DNA of 64,000 bases. It comes from Lama guanicoe (Eukaryota). The notes under the pieces are model-generated. The model did not search any database. It was not told where the DNA came from and saw only the letters and a list, made by a program, of their open reading frames with translations. Shown here in pieces: positions 10,610 to 25,300 of the stretch. Positions within the stretch are counted from its first letter, which is position 1. Each line of letters opens with the position of its first letter. The DNA is taken from NCBI GenBank assembly GCA_013239625.1, contig MU053561.1:5067214-5131213 (forward strand), given 5' to 3'. A program made the translations under genes and the position numbers.

Positions 10610-13600
10610 CATCTTAAACCAAGGGAGTCAAAGATGATTCACTCAGGTTACCAGCTCCAATCCGTTTTCCCACAGACCCTGTGACCCAGACAGACTCCTG
10701 CCCCCTCCCATCCCTGTCCTCCTGGAACTGTGATTCTCAACTTTGTCCCTATCCACCCACCCCGTGTACACTTGTCCCCACATTTTGGCATCGCTGGATT
10801 TTTGTCCTTTCTGCCAGTGGCATTAATAAGATGATCTTGAGGTAACTCTCAACCCCCAGTTCTGACTCTTAACTCCAAACGTCCCCCCCAAGCTGAGCCA
10901 CATGCCCACTGAGGTCCCTGTTCTCCGTCTGTTGTCTTCTAGTGCTACGATCTATAAATTCCCCAAACATACAACAACAACAAACATGATTCCTGCCGGG
11001 GAACAGAAGGCCCACCCCATCCCCGAAGTCTCCAAGAGTCAGTTGCACCTACATCCCAAGCCCCACACTCCCGGAGGCCGCTGATAACCAGGCCTCTCTC
11101 CGCCCCAATTTTCTAAGTCTGCTCAGCAACCAAACCCCTTAAATCCAGAAACCAATTTGTAAGGAAAACAATGAAAAGAGTAATAGTCTCTCTGTAGGAT
11201 TCCAAGGGAAGGTTCCGCCCAGACTGGTGCTCTGTAAAGAAAGAAGAAGGGCACCCGGGAAAAATGCCTATTAATATTCAAAAGCCCCCCAGCGGGATGG
11301 AAGCTGACCCGCTGCAAAATGGGAATTTGCCAGGCCCCCAGGAGCCAGCCCTCGGGTTCACGTTATTTATCCTGCAAACGGAGTCGCTAATAGGAGGCAA
11401 TCGCAGGGCTGCCCCCGCAGCTCTGGGGCAACAGGCAGAGCCGTCCCCGGGACACATGCTTTGGAGCAGTGCTATTTGGAAAAGAAGAAAAGGAAAAATA
11501 AAGTGGGGACGTGGGAGGGGGAGAAAGAGCCGGAAAAGCTGAAGAGAGTCAGCTGCGGGCAGAGAGGCCAGTCTGGGAGTCTTTCTTTGCAGGGCCCCTG
11601 CAGAGAGAGCCAACCTTGCTGGAGGAAAATATGGCTGTGGTCTTCTGTTCCTCTTGGACGGGGCCAGGGACTCAGAGATGGGTAGAGATTCACCTTGAGT
11701 CATCCCATGAGTCAGAGGCAGGAGGCAGAAATAGATCTTATGACCTACTGTTCCTTGTCACAGACGTCTTGGAGCATCTTTAACCAGGACTCCTGAGTGG
11801 GGATGGACCTGGCTGCTCTTTTCAGCCAGATTGGTTCATTTGATGAGCTATCCTCCTCCATGCCAAAGGCAGGTGATTTAAAGTTAAGAAGGACCAGGAT
11901 CTTCAAACAGACGCCTGTGGCCAAGGCTACTTCTCACTTCACACCAGGTATGTCTGTTTACCATCACGGCCAGGGGCAACTCATTTACTTCTGGTTTCTA
12001 ATTTGCCTCTACTGCCTGCTTTCCACGCTCCGCACACGCCAAAGTCCTCTAGGACTTCCAGCTCTCACTAGAAGCTCATTCCCTCCAGAAAGCCTTCCTT
12101 GATTAGTCCAACCCAACTTTGGTCTTTTCTCTTGCCTGTATTCCCTTCGGGCTTGTGTCAGTGTGGATTGCCTATCCAACAGCCGAGGCCCCCTACTGCC
12201 TTTCCTCAGTGCTCAGATTTAATTCTGATGCTCACCCTCCCGAGGTGCTCAAGGAAGGTGTCCCTTCCCCAGTCCCTTCACATTTTGAACTTGTCCCGTA
12301 AGGATATTATTGTTTTTTAAATGTGGGTTTTATTATTTTTCAGGTATGGTAACACCAACAGACCCAGAGACGATTGCCATTGAAAAGCTAGTTATTCACA
12401 GCTTCCAAGAGAAGGGAGCATGCCACATCACTGGAGAAAGGGTGGGAGCACTAGGGAAGAATCAGGGTGAGCCCAGAGGGAGATGGAGCAGGGGAAGGTG
12501 CGGGCAAGAGTCTTCATGCAGTTTCTATAGGCAGAACAGGTGAGGTCGGGTAAGCAGGCTTAGCATTGGCTAGTTGAATAATTTCAGCTGGCTCTGTGGC
12601 ACTGGGGACATCCCTAGCTGCCTGGTATCTGGCCCTGGGTGAGAGGGAGAGAGCCTGATACAGGAAGTGGCTGGGGATGAGGTAGAGGACCTGGACTGAT
12701 TGGTTGGCCTATGAAAGGCCTGTCTGCAGGTCATCAGTTTACTGTCTCGAGGAAATTAGCCAGCTCCAGAAGCAGCAGTTGTTCTGGGGTCAGCAAGTGT
12801 CCAAGAGGTCAAAGCATCAGAAATACAGAAAATGGAAGGGCGTGATTAATACAGTTAGACTTGAAGTTGCTGCAGTCATCTTGTGACCACAGGAGAAAGC
12901 CAGTAGGATCCCCACGAGGCCACTGCAGCCCCCCTGACCTTGTTGAACTACCGAGTTGAATTGCCTCACTCTGATGTTCTCATTATGTACGATGAATCCC
13001 TTACTGCTTCTGCCACACTTACTCAGTGATTAGGTTACTTGCAGCTGAAAGCATCCTAACTTATATAACATTTAAGCCTTCACTTTACTCTAAAGGGAAA
13101 AATTCTAACTCCAAGTCGTTTTATTACACTAGAATTGCTTTTTAAAGAATGAGTTGCTTGAAGGAACATCATCCCCAGATTGCAGGAACTATATAGTCAT
13201 GGTAACTCATTACATTTGTTTAGAGTTTTGTATTTTACAACTTCTCAGTTGCTGCTTAGCCTCCCCAGAGTCAAACAGGAAGTGAAAAATAAATATTCTG
13301 AATCCAGCTGAAGAGGGACAGAGGTAACTTTTCCATGTCTTGATTCCTGGATCTTCCCGTATGACGTTTCCTCTTGGAGATAGGTTTGGACTTTGGGTAG
13401 ATGATTGGAAGGGGAGACTTGATTAGGAAGGGGTGAAGTCAGTGAAATTCAATTGCTATTTGGCTGCAGGATCAAATAAGTATAATGGGAGAAACATTAT
13501 CTTAGAAGGGCGAAAACAAGCTTTCTAGAGTTGGCTTGGCTGCTGTCCAGATATGTGCCCTCTGCCAAATTGCATCCCATTGCTAAGTCTTGGTTTCCTC

Positions 13601-13720
13601 AGTAAAAATGAAGGAGTTGGACTAAGTTATTCCCAGTCACTTCAAACTCTGAAAATTTCATGACTCTAAGTATAGTTAGATCACCTCAAAGCTCTTTCTG
13701 ATAAAAAGCCAACCACATAC

Positions 13721-14175
13721 TGTGGGGGCCATAGGTAACTGGCAGATTCCTGTTCCAAAGCCCCTCTGCTGCTGCCCTTTAAAAATAACAAAGAACATTC
13801 CTTTTCTAATACATACCCGCCTTAGCTGAGATAATGATCACCTGCACAATGCCCAGAAGCCTGACCTCCAGCCCCCAGCCAGCCACATAGCATGACCCTT
13901 TCAAGACCCCCTCCTTTCCCTGTTAGGTCAACATCAACCAATCAGAGACTTGTGCACAAACCGATCAGGCACCACGTGACCCCTCGGTACCTGATGTAAC
14001 CCTCCCCAATGGGAGACCTCGGCAACCAAGCCTCAGGGCTCACACAGGCCCCTCTCGTCTGTGTGGCCCACTCTTGTCTATGGAGCACAGCTAATAAACT
14101 CCCTTTCTATGTTCATCCTTTATCCTTGGGAAACTCTTCTACTGCCTGTGCACTGGTCTGCCAAACCCCACGACA
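13721..14175 (+). mobile_element. ERV-type solo LTR
   Basis: TG...CA termini, AATAAA ~14093, shares the CATCAACCAA.CAGAGA..TGCACAA..GATCA motif with the 7183 LTR; degenerate TSD catac/cgtat. Confidence 0.65.
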
Positions 14176-14306
14176 CGTATCATCAAGTTTTTATTAGAGA
14201 CAAAGACTATTACATGAATTGAAAGAATTGGCCGTAAGTGTTTCTGTTTGGCAGGGCCCTCTATCAAGAAATGGAAGTAACTAATCGGTGATGTTATTAA
14301 GACCAT

Positions 14307-14757
14307 TATTATGGGCTCAACTGTGTCCCTTTCCCCAACCCTTAGTACCTCAGAATGTAACCTTACTCGAAAGTAAGGTCTTTGCAGGTGTAGTTAGTTA
14401 AGGTGAGATTGTACTGAAGAAGGGTAAGGGTGTCCGTATAAGAGAAAGAGAAAGACCCAAAGAGGGAGTACCATGTGAAGACACAGAGACACCCAGGGAC
14501 AAGCCAGCCGGTGACAACAGAGGCAGATATTGAGGTGATGTGTCTACAAGCCAAGGAGGGGCCAAGGATTGCCCACAACGCCAGTGGCTACAAGAGGCAA
14601 GGAAGGATCGCCCCCTACAGGTTTCAGAGGGAGCATAGCCCTGATGCTACATTGATCTTGGACTTCTAGCCTCCAGCGCTGGGAGACTATTAACTTCTGT
14701 CCTGTTAAGCCACCCAGTCGGTATACTTTGTTTGCACAGCCCTGGGAAATGACTACA
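14307..14757 (+). mobile_element. MaLR LTR (MLT1B/C-like)
   Basis: Typical MLT1 blocks: AGTACCTCAGAATGT, GGTCTTTGCAGGTGTAGTTAGTTAAG, GATCTTGGACTTCTAGCCTCCAG. Confidence 0.75.
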
Positions 14758-15773
14758 ACCACCAATAGCTAATAGTTATTGAAAAATAAACCAGGCTCCA
14801 AAGCTGTGCTAAGTATTCTATGTGCAAAATCTCTTTTAATCTTCACTGCAACCGTATGAAGTCGATGCTATTTTTATCCACATTTTACAAGTGGGGAACA
14901 TAAGGTTTTAGGAGTTAAGTACATACCCGCAATCATCTAGGTAAATAGCTTGGAGCTTTGAAGATCCTTTGTTGTAGGATCTTAAGTGTTAAGGAGATTT
15001 CATATATTCCAGGCCTCTTCTGGATACCAGGCTTCAGTAATACTTGAGTTGTTTTGCCTGTTTCTGATGTTTGTCCCCCCCCCCAAAAAAGCTGTATAAT
15101 AAAGGACCTCGAATGTAACATTTACAAAATGGTATTCATCATTCTCCCCTCCAAACCTCTTCTTGAGGTTCCCACTGAAACATCTCCTTCCCACTAATCT
15201 CCGGTCTCAGCTGGGGCTCTGTATATTTGCTCAGGCCAAAATGCTCAATCCCTCCACTCATGGCCAAAACAGGCCCCTCCGGCAAGTCCTGTCCCCTCAG
15301 GTTCTACATGAAATCCAATCTCATCTCACTGTCCCCACAGCCGGCACGCAGCCCCAGCCCCCACCAGCCCCCCTCGAGCTTACAGCTCTAGCCGAACTAG
15401 TCTCCCGGCGGTCCTCTCCTATTCTCCCAGGGTCCCCTCTCCACAAAATGGTCTTTCGCACTTTAAAACAAATGATATCGCATTACTCTCCTGATTAAAA
15501 CCTTCCAAAGGCTTCTCATTACACTTGGAATAAAATCCAACTCTTTTCCGTGGTCTGCAAGGCTCAGATGACCTCGCCTTTGGCTTCTCTGTAGCCCCTT
15601 CAACTACTGCTCCCAGGCTGGGCTGCTGTTTCTGTGTCCTCAAATATTCGTTGACTTTGTTGTTTTCTCCACCTCAGTGCTCTCCCCAAGCTTCAGTTGG
15701 CTGCTTCATCCTCATTATTCAGGCCCCGGAGGCTGTCCCTGACCACCATATTTAAAAGAATCTCTTTCAAGAC

Positions 15774-15867
15774 GGAGTTGGGTACAGCTCAGTGGTAGAG
15801 CACATGCTTAGCATGCACAAGGCCCTGGGGTCAATTCCCAGTATCTCCATTAAGTAAAAAAACAAAT
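15774..15867 (+). mobile_element. tRNA-Ala-derived SINE (Vic-1-like)
   Basis: AGCTCAGTGGTAGAGCACATGCTTAGCATG head, A tail, TSD AAAAG(A/T)ATCTCTTT. Confidence 0.85.
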
Positions 15868-18812
15868 AAAAGTATCTCTTTGTCCAACCCCACTCCATCC
15901 CATTACCCTGTTTCATTTCCTTTAGTCTCTGAAAATTAGCATATGTATTTATTTTTCATTAACTTTCTTGTTTGTTTTTTGTCCCTCTCCATTAGAAATT
16001 AAACTACATGGGAGTGGGGACCTCATCTACTCGGGTCACTGCTTTATTCAGATGCCTGGAATGTCTGGCCCGTAACAGATGCTTCGCAAACATTGCCTGA
16101 ATGCGTGAATGAGACGTTAAAGGTTCTCAAAGTGGGATCTGTGCTGTGCTTGCCTCGCTTATGTGTCTTCTGCTGCTCCCAGTTCAGTGTCGTGGCCTAA
16201 GCACGCATCCACCAAATGCTTGCTGGCTGGATGACTGGAGAAACATCTAGAATTTCTGATCTTCTCAAATAGAGAACTTTCTGCCTGGTGCCAGGATTTC
16301 ACATTCAGAAATCCATCACAAAGTGTGCATCGATGCGACTCGGGAAGTTGTCTTCAACGTGTTCCCTGAAGAAGTCTTTATTCAGTGAGACAGATTCATC
16401 CTCCACACACAGATAGGCTTGACCTGCCCCAAACTTGGGACATTTCTGTTCTAACTAAACTCACATGTGTAAATATCTTCTGGATTTTTAATTACTTCCA
16501 ACACAGAGAACACATTTGGAGGCCCTTGCCAGTCATTCAGCATCTCTTACCACCCCAAACTGCTCTGGAAAATGAGTTTTTCTGTCACAGGGGACATAGA
16601 AGAACACTAAGGACTTTTTTTTTTTAATTAAGTCCATATTTGGTGCTCTTCTCCAATGCACCACATCTATTTGTAATAAATGGAAGTGAACTCGTATCTC
16701 TTGGAAATTGATTTCTCCATCCCCCTTAGTACTCTGTATTTGTTTTGTTTTTTGTTGACTTTAAAGTCCCTCTGAAAGCTGTTCTTAACTCCAAATACAC
16801 CAAGTGGGGGAGGGGGCAGTGGGGGATTAAGCAGAGAAAGGGGGGAGGGGTAGGCACAGCCAGCAGCTAGAACTGTGGCAGCAGGTTCCTTGAGACCTTG
16901 AAAAGTCCGCAGTTAGCTGAGTCCAATGAGGGAAACGCTGAGCTTTAGAAGATGAGTCCTGGGTGGCTACTGCTCTTCTGAGAACACATCACAAAGGATG
17001 CAAAGTCTCCAGCACAGCTGTCTGTATCCTGTCCCTGCCGCACTGTCACCATATTCAGCCCTTCCCATTCTCCCTAATTACTCCAGGCCAGGAAGAAGGA
17101 GGAAAGTGATTTAAAGCAAGTTAAGTGCACTTGGCATTAGCCTCTAAGAAGGAAGCAGCCATGTCTATTTTGGGCATTATCTTTCTCAACAAAATGGTTC
17201 AAATTCCTCTTTCTTTGGTAAAATGTGTTGGGAAACCAGTCTGACTAAGCAATGTGTTTTGTAAGGTTCTTTTGGTTGCAAATAACAAAAACCCATTCAA
17301 ACAAAATAGGAAACAAAATAGAAAAACGGATCAGATGGATACAAGAGTATCTCACAGAACCCAAGATTAGGGAGAGGATATGGGTCTCAGGACAGATCTA
17401 CACCAAGAGCTAGAAAGCCCTCGGGAACCAAATCAGCCATTTTCTGTTTTTCTTTTACTTTAGGATCACACAGACACCCATCTCTACTTCTCTCCATACC
17501 TCTATTTGATTTCTTCTCTCTCTTTCTTTCTCAGCAGATCGGTTTTTTTTTTCTTTTTCTTTTTTGCTTTTCTCTACCGAAGAGCCGTCATTCAGATCTC
17601 AAGTTCATATGTTCTCAGTTCAAGCCACACGCAGGAACCCAGTGTCCCTGAATCACAGCTCCAGTTTCCCAGGAGAAAGTCCAATTGGCTCAGCCAAGTC
17701 AAGTACCCATTCCTGATCCAATCTAGTCCCAGCCAAGTGGTCATACACTAACACATACTGGGAAACCATCCCACACATAGATGGGGCGAGGCAGGGAGGA
17801 TTCTCGAAAAAACAGTCACTGAGAGCTAGGCAGCAATCTCTAATACAGTGTACAATCCCCAATAATATCAGAATATCTACACTGTATTATCACCCTGCAC
17901 AGACAGAGAGCCACATTTTCATTCTTGCTGTTCTGTTTAACTCCAGCAACCTTGGAGTGTTAAAAATGACTATAATCTAACTCTTCATTTATTGCTTTTT
18001 TATCTGAGGATGTATTATTTGTTATTGGAACTTTCTAAAGAATCCTAAAACAATTTTTTCCCAAGTAATTTTTTGCCCCTTTTTGATTGTCTGAACAAGG
18101 GTCTTCGAACTCCTAGCTCACAATTATTCATTCTCAAACACTGGGAACTAACCGTGTTAGTTAAGGCTAAGAAATAATAATAACAATAATAATCATGGGA
18201 AGAGGGAACTAAAGGGGAGGAAATAGACATGCAAGAGGAGAAGCGAACAGCATTGCACACTTAGACACTGCCAGGCATTGTAATGAGCATCTTAGGGACC
18301 GAGTGGCCAATCCTTTCCTCAAGCAAGTTAGAGACACTGGGAACTCTAACTGCATTACCCGCCCACCTTCAGGACTGCTGCTTTCCCCTCAACGCCCCTA
18401 GGAGTGCTTGGTTTAATTGCACAAAATATTACTGACTATTTTCATCTACACAAATGGCTTTCATTTCTACCTAATCACCATGCAGCACAAAGATGATTCT
18501 GTGTTGATTAACTTCGCTTTAAGACGAATATCAACATTCAACTCTGCCCATTATTTTCAGGCTTCCTAGTTTATTGTTTGTACAGAATTGATTGTCTACT
18601 GAAACTTAAAAATAATTAGAGGAAACATCATGATGCTAGGCTGTGATGTACATTACACACACACACACACAGGTCCTTCCCAAGCTGCAGAGAATAATTG
18701 GATATTTTGAAGAATTGATCTAATGATATCTGAATATCCTTTTAGAAATAAGAATGTCATGGAGATATATAGTATGATCTAGTTACATTTCAAAGGTGTT
18801 AAAAAGAGAGGT

Positions 18813-19639
18813 AGACCCTCACACCAGTCAGAATGGCCATCATTCAAAAGTCTACAAATGATAAATGCTGGAGAAGCTGTGGAGAAAAGGGAACCATCCC
18901 ACAGTGTTGGTGGGAATGTGATTTGATGCAGCCATTATGGAAAACAGTATGGAGATTCCTCAAAAAACTAAAAATAGACTTACCTTGTGATCCAGCAATC
19001 CCACTCCTGGGCATATATCTGGAGGCAACTCTAATCCAAAAAGATACATGCACCCCAATGTTCATAGCATCAATATTTACAATAGCCATGACATGGAAAC
19101 AACCTAAATATCCATAAACAGATGACTGGATAAAGAAGCTGTGGTATATTTAGACAATGGAATACCAGTCAGCCATAAAAAAGAATAAAATAATGCCATT
19201 TGCAGCAACATGGATGGACCTAGAGATTGTCATTCTAAGTGAAGTAAGCCAGAAACAGAAAGAAAAATACCACATGGTATCTCTCATATGTGGAATCTAA
19301 AAAAAGAAAAGGCACAAATGAACATATTTACAAAACAGAAACAGGCTCACAGACATGGAAAACAAATTTATGGTTACCAAGGGAAAAGAGGGTGGAAGGG
19401 GATAAATTGGGAGTTCAGGATTTGCAGATACTAACTACTATATATAAAATAGATGAACAACAAGTTTCTACTGTCTAGCACATAGAACTATATTCAATAT
19501 CTTGTAGTAATGTATAATTTAAAAGAATATGAAAACAAATATATGTATGTATATGTATGACTGAATCACTATGCTGTACACCAGAAATTGACACAACATT
19601 CTAAGCCAACTATACTTCAATTAAAAAAAAAAAAGAAAT
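18813..19639 (+). mobile_element. 5'-truncated LINE-1 (ORF2 C-terminus, 3'UTR and poly-A) with 12-bp TSD
   Basis: ORF 18833..19117 translates to the L1 ORF2 C-terminal region ([29 protein letters not shown]); TSD AAAAAGAGAGGT at 18801-18812 and 19640-19651; TT/AAAA endonuclease site. Confidence 0.93.
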
Positions 19640-20949
19640 AAAAAGAGAGGTGGGCAACAAGATGCCACGGATGAGCACTGGTACTAAAGTCAAAGCCATG
19701 GTCAGCCTGCCTCCAACAAGAACTAGCTATGACACCTCAGGGAAGTGAGGACATGGGATCGTACAGGCGGAAACTAACACTTGCTGAGTGTATACCATTA
19801 TAAGTACCAATACTGCCTGATACTTCAGTAATAGTAGTAATAATGGCAATCATACGGAATCAGTAGAAATAAGATAGCTGGCATCTGTTGAGCTCTTGTT
19901 CCATGCAATGTCATATTTAATCCTCAGAATAACCCTGAGGAATTGGTGCTGTCACTGCCTTCGGTTTTCCAGAAGAGGAAACCAAAGTTCAGAGGTGCCA
20001 AGGAATGTGACAAAGACCATGCTTATAATTCAGTTAGTCTGGATTCGAATCCAGGTCTACCCACCTTCAACTTAGGGTCTTTCCTGTTCTAGGCTGCTGC
20101 TAAGGTTAAATGATCTCTAACCTCCAAGAATCTCAACTTCCTTGCTTGTAAATATTTTTTAAATAATAATATTTTACTTAAAACGCAAGTTCTTGATGAG
20201 GTTCATAGGGTCACATACCTGTGAGCACTTTATAAAACGCGAGCAAATGTATATTTGTTAGACTCAGAAGGCTTACCGGTTTTCCTTGAGAAACATAGGC
20301 AAACACTTCCCTCCTTCTTTCCTGCCTCCTTTCTTTCCCTCCCTCCAGTCTTTTTCTCTCTTTCTCCCCTTCCATTCCTTTTGTCCTTCTTTTCTGCTTT
20401 CTTTAGATGCTGCAGTAACTCCACCACCCCACCAACCCCTGGTTTGGGAAAACGCTAACCAGGGAGCCCAGGAGGGCATGCGTTTTAATTAGTCACCTAT
20501 GATTCACTGGGAGATGACTCTGTTACTCTGAAGACAGAAGGAGACCTGAGGGCTGGCTACACACCCAGCAGTGCTCAGGGCAGAGTTGCTAAATGATGGA
20601 TGACAGTGTTGCCCCAGGTAAGGTACTCACTGGTGAGACATGAGCCATTTCCTTTTATAATATCATCTTCATGCTGAGTCTCAGGCACCAACCTGGAATT
20701 CTCCCGGAGAAAATTGGACATCTGCCCTTGATAGGGTGTTGTGCATGAGGCATAGCATCTGTGATCAGATCGAGATCTGAGTTCCCAGTTGTGCTACTTT
20801 TTTGCTGTGTGACCTTGGGGAAGTTATTTAGTCTCTCTGAGCCTCAATTTTCTCATCTCTGAAAATGGGATAGTGGGAACAACATGTATTGGAGATGTGA
20901 GTATTAAATGAGGTAATAGATGCTTTGTAAACAGTGAACTTGTGATTAA

Positions 20950-21125
20950 TCACATATATCTTTATAATATTATATATCTTTATATATAGATATATCTACA
21001 TATAGATATGTATTATTATGTCTATATCTTTATATATCTGTGTATAGATATATATCTTTCTAATTTAAATAAATAATACATATTTATAATAAATAATATA
21101 TAATATATATTAAACAAACATATAT
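20950..21125. repeat. Degenerate (TA)n AT-rich low-complexity tract
   Basis: Read directly. Confidence 0.9.
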
Positions 21126-21582
21126 AGTTGCAATCATAATCATGTATTTTTCCAGCAACAGGAAGAGCACAGGGTGAAAGGCAGCAGCCTGAGCCCCTGG
21201 AAACTCCCTCCTGGGGAGGATCTACTGAGGCTTCACCTGGCATTTATAGTCCTTTGTAGTTTTAATTAGAAAACAAGCACAGGTGTCTCTTTTCAGAACG
21301 TGCAGCGAGGACACCTGCACCCGAGACAAGGAGGGACTACAGTGAGCAGATGGGGTGAATTCCAGGGGACTGGGCTCTGTGGGGATGGGGGCCACGTCCC
21401 TGCAAGTGACTCTGCCATGGCTCAGGGAAGTTACTGAAGAAAGGAGACACAAGTGTTCGTTATACACAATCAGCCATCACCCCACAACCCCGGCCTATGT
21501 GGATTCCAAAACCCTCAAAACTGATGCCTTTATACAGTGTCCTCTTCCCTCCCTCCACTCCTGGCTCCCCAGTCACTCCTTC

Positions 21583-21673
21583 CTTTTTAATTTATTCATT
21601 TATTTTAATGGCAGTATCAGGGATTGAACCCACAATGTCATGCATGCTAAGCACACGCTGTACCACTCCCCAC
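21583..21673 (-). mobile_element. tRNA-Ala-derived SINE (Vic-1-like)
   Basis: GGGATTGAACCC...CATGCTAAGCAC; TSD CCCCAGTCACTCCTTC at 21567-21582 and 21674-21689. Confidence 0.8.
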
Positions 21674-22326
21674 CCCCAGTCACTCCTTCTAACCTGACTT
21701 TGAGGAGGCAGGAATGCTGGCATTGGAAGACATCTGATGAGGTTTGCCCCGGACCCTCCAGCCCCTGACCGCTTCAGGGCAAGCTCAGATCTACCACATC
21801 CTTAGATACAGCAACAGCTCCACCCAGGCCAGGAACGGAGTCTGCTCCTTGACCACACACTGAACTTGGTGTTAGAAGACAGAGAACTCCCTTCGGGTTC
21901 TGCCACAGAAATGCTGTGACCCACACCACTCATTTAATCTCTGAGTTATCTCCTCAGTAAAATGGAGATATTAGTATTTCTTCTGACTTCCTCATGTTGC
22001 TGATACGGGGATCAAATTAAAAGACAAAACCAAAACAAACCTGAAAAATCACGGGATGGGAACCTAAAAAAAAAATCTGTTTAACTGTTTATTTTTAGGA
22101 AAACAATGAAGCAGTTAAAAGCAACAAGCTAGGTGTACACATGGCAGCATGGTTGGAGCTTAAACACATGGCCCTGCGTAGAAAATATACAAGAAACATA
22201 ATGAGCTCTGTAACACAGTACCAGTCAGGTGAAGTAAAAACATGCTCACAAAACAATCACACACATTTTTCAAAGCTTCAGCATTAAACAGATTAGAAAA
22301 GAAATAGGACTAAGGAATGGGAAAAA

Positions 22327-22384
22327 ATGAATGAATGAATGAATGAATGAATGAATGAATGAATGAATAAATAAATAAATAAAT
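22327..22384. repeat. Compound (GAAT)n(AAAT)n microsatellite
   Basis: Read directly. Confidence 0.95.
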
Positions 22385-25300
22385 GGCAGGGGTTTTGCAT
22401 GGACCAATGGTGATTGTATTTCATGAGTTGATAGGTAGATATTAATCCAATCCTATGCACCTAAAATTCAAGGAAAAAAATGTTTGTTATTATTAACCAT
22501 AGACTTTGTGAAGTAAGAGAGGAGTATTGACAAATCTTTCTCCTGCAATGTAGTCTTTCATTTATTTGTTAATTCATTCAGTTAACATTGGTTAAGCATC
22601 TCCAACAGGCCGAACTGTGCCGGGTCCTGACTTAAAAAATCAAGCTTAAAAAAATAGGTTCTGCCCCCTCACCCCTTGTTTACAGAAAAGGAAACAAATG
22701 ATTACAAGATACATTGAGGGGGTCTGGTAGAGGCAAGGACAAGGGAACCCAGGGGGAACTTACCCAGCCTGGGCCGAGGGGGGAGGCTAGGGCAGGGCAG
22801 GCTGGGGTGGGTGCTCAGCCTTAATATGGTGAATAAGGTGGCAACAGAGACTTCAGCCACAGGAAATGGCAAGTTCAGTGGCACTGAGGCTTAAAGGAGG
22901 GAACAGCTCAGGACAGGCTAGCGCAGACTGCACAAAGGCAGGACCCCAGAGAGCTAGGGCTGGAGATGCAAGCAGGACCCTGCTCCAAAGATCCTGTAAG
23001 ACCTAGATAGAGAGTCTGGGTTTTCCCTAAACTCGTGGATGCAAGAGAACATCACACCCAGACATGCATTTTAATAACTACCTTGGACACAAGGTGGAGA
23101 CTGGGTTCTAGGAGAGAAGCTTGAGGGTGTGGAGACCATTTAGGAGGTTGTGGGAACATTGGGAGCCTGAACGAAGGCAGTGGCCGTGGGATGAAGAAAA
23201 GAGACCAATCATCTCTGATGCCGCTCCCCGCTTCTCTACTCCACATCCAGGCGGACACCAATCAGCGTGATCCTGGATTCTACCCCCTGCCCCATCTCAC
23301 ACCGTTGGTCTGTCTCCATCCCCATGGCCACTGCCTAAGTTCCAGGTTTCCTGTCAGAAACGCTGACTGTGCCCCTCTCCAGAATAGGAAATCCAGAAGG
23401 AGGTAGGCTTGGGTAACACTTTGAATTCGGTTTGGGAGAGATTGAGTTTAAGTTGCAGGAGGTGGTTACACAGGCAGGTACACAACTCGGGAGAGGGTCC
23501 TGGATTGAAAACATCTGTCTTTGGCAGCACTGAGATGTGAAGACACCGGAGAAGATGATACATCAGGGAGAACTTAAGAGGTGAAGAGAGAAGAGGACCA
23601 AGAATGTACCATTCATTTAAGGGATGGTTAGGGAGATTGGAAACTGCAGAAAGAAGGGAAGAAGAGCCCAGAGGAGAAGAGATTAAAAGACAGTCCTGGA
23701 AGTCAAGGAGGAGGGAGATTTCAAGGGATCAACAAATAATGCAAACGTGTCAAAAAACATCAAGACTGAGATGAGTACAGCTACCAAAAGGCCACAGTAA
23801 CATCAGGAAGTGGGACTGAGAAATAGAGAAATTAGGTGTCAGGTGCAGAAAACCCTTTCAAGAAATCTGACTGGGAAGGGAAAGAGGGAAATAGAATTGT
23901 GACTAGAGGGAATCAATGGAGGAATTTTTAAAGGATGAGAACAACTTGAGTACCTACAGAGGAACGGTTTGGGGAGAGGCAGAGATTGGAGATACAGGAG
24001 AGAAGGAAAAATTGATAGTCGGGGATCCTGGAGAAGGTGATGAGGGCAGGGTTCAAGGGCACAGCTGAAAGTGTTCACATGGATTGAAGAAGGGACACCG
24101 CTTCCCCTCGATGCAGTGAATTTTCCAGCTTTCCTAAAATAACCCCGTGTACACAGCTTTCTGCCTCCTGTAAAATAAGACTGGTATCTGTTAATGAGAT
24201 CACTCTAAAGTTCGTTTCATTTCATTTCACCCTTTCCTTGTTTCCTCTTTCCTCAACTTCCTCCAACAATGGCAAGAACTCGGAGGTGCCTGAGAAGCAG
24301 GAAGGAGGTCCGGGAGTCAGGATCCAACAGAAGTGGGATGGGAAAGGAATCAGCCTGTAATCGGACCTACAGAGGCGTCAACATCCCTCATATTCCCCAG
24401 CTCAGTGTCTCCACTGAACCATAGGCAGGCTGAGAATCCTCGCTAAATTAAACTGTCCTGACTTCTCCTCTGTTTGAACCTGTCTCACTTCCCCACCTCC
24501 CAACTCTGGATCCACCTCTCAGAGTTTAACTACCCCTGCTTCTTTAGCTTTTGGGATGCTTTAATTGCTGGCTTCTAAAACTAGGCTCCTCCTCCAGAGC
24601 TTTGCCTCGTATTCAATACTTTGACACTCTAGCTTTTATCTGTCTTGGGTAAAGGGATTTGAGGTGGTTAACAAAGACATGTTGAATCTAACAAAGATTT
24701 TTTTAATTAAATCATGAATCAGAAGGCAAAGCAAAGTTAGAAGAAACAGGGTAAACTCAAAGGTGAGGTGAAAATGACAAAAATATATTCCTTAAGTTTC
24801 TGTAAACTTTCTTGAAATGGTTATAGATTGAGTTTTGACCCTCCTGGCAGCCAATGTAAAGAGGAAAAAGAGGAGGTATGCAATTCACTGTGCTTTATGA
24901 ATAAAAACAGATGTATTAAAATATAAGAAAAAGGGAATCCAAATAAAAAGCAGGGCAAAGGGAACCTCCAGGATGAGAGTAAAGGAGAATCGCGGGTATC
25001 AGCCGTTAGAGAACACCAGAACGTTCCAGGAGCTGTCTCCAGGAAACTGATGGAATACCTGATAGAACTGAAGACTTTAGACAATTAGAGGAATGTTCAG
25101 CATGAAATAATGATAAATACATGGAAATTAAGCATAAAGACAAGATAATAATTATCCGCAGCATTAAAGAAAATAAAACAGGGTAAGAAAGAAAAACGAA
25201 TAGCTCTGCTACGAATAGTATTCATGTGATCATAATCATGTAATCCTGAAATATCAATATAAATGTTGGTCAAATTTATGCTATAAGATATTGAGAGGAG

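Noticed and set aside
18833..19117. 94-aa ORF with a protein-like Cys/Trp pattern
   Set aside because: C-terminal fragment of LINE-1 ORF2 in a truncated copy, not a host gene
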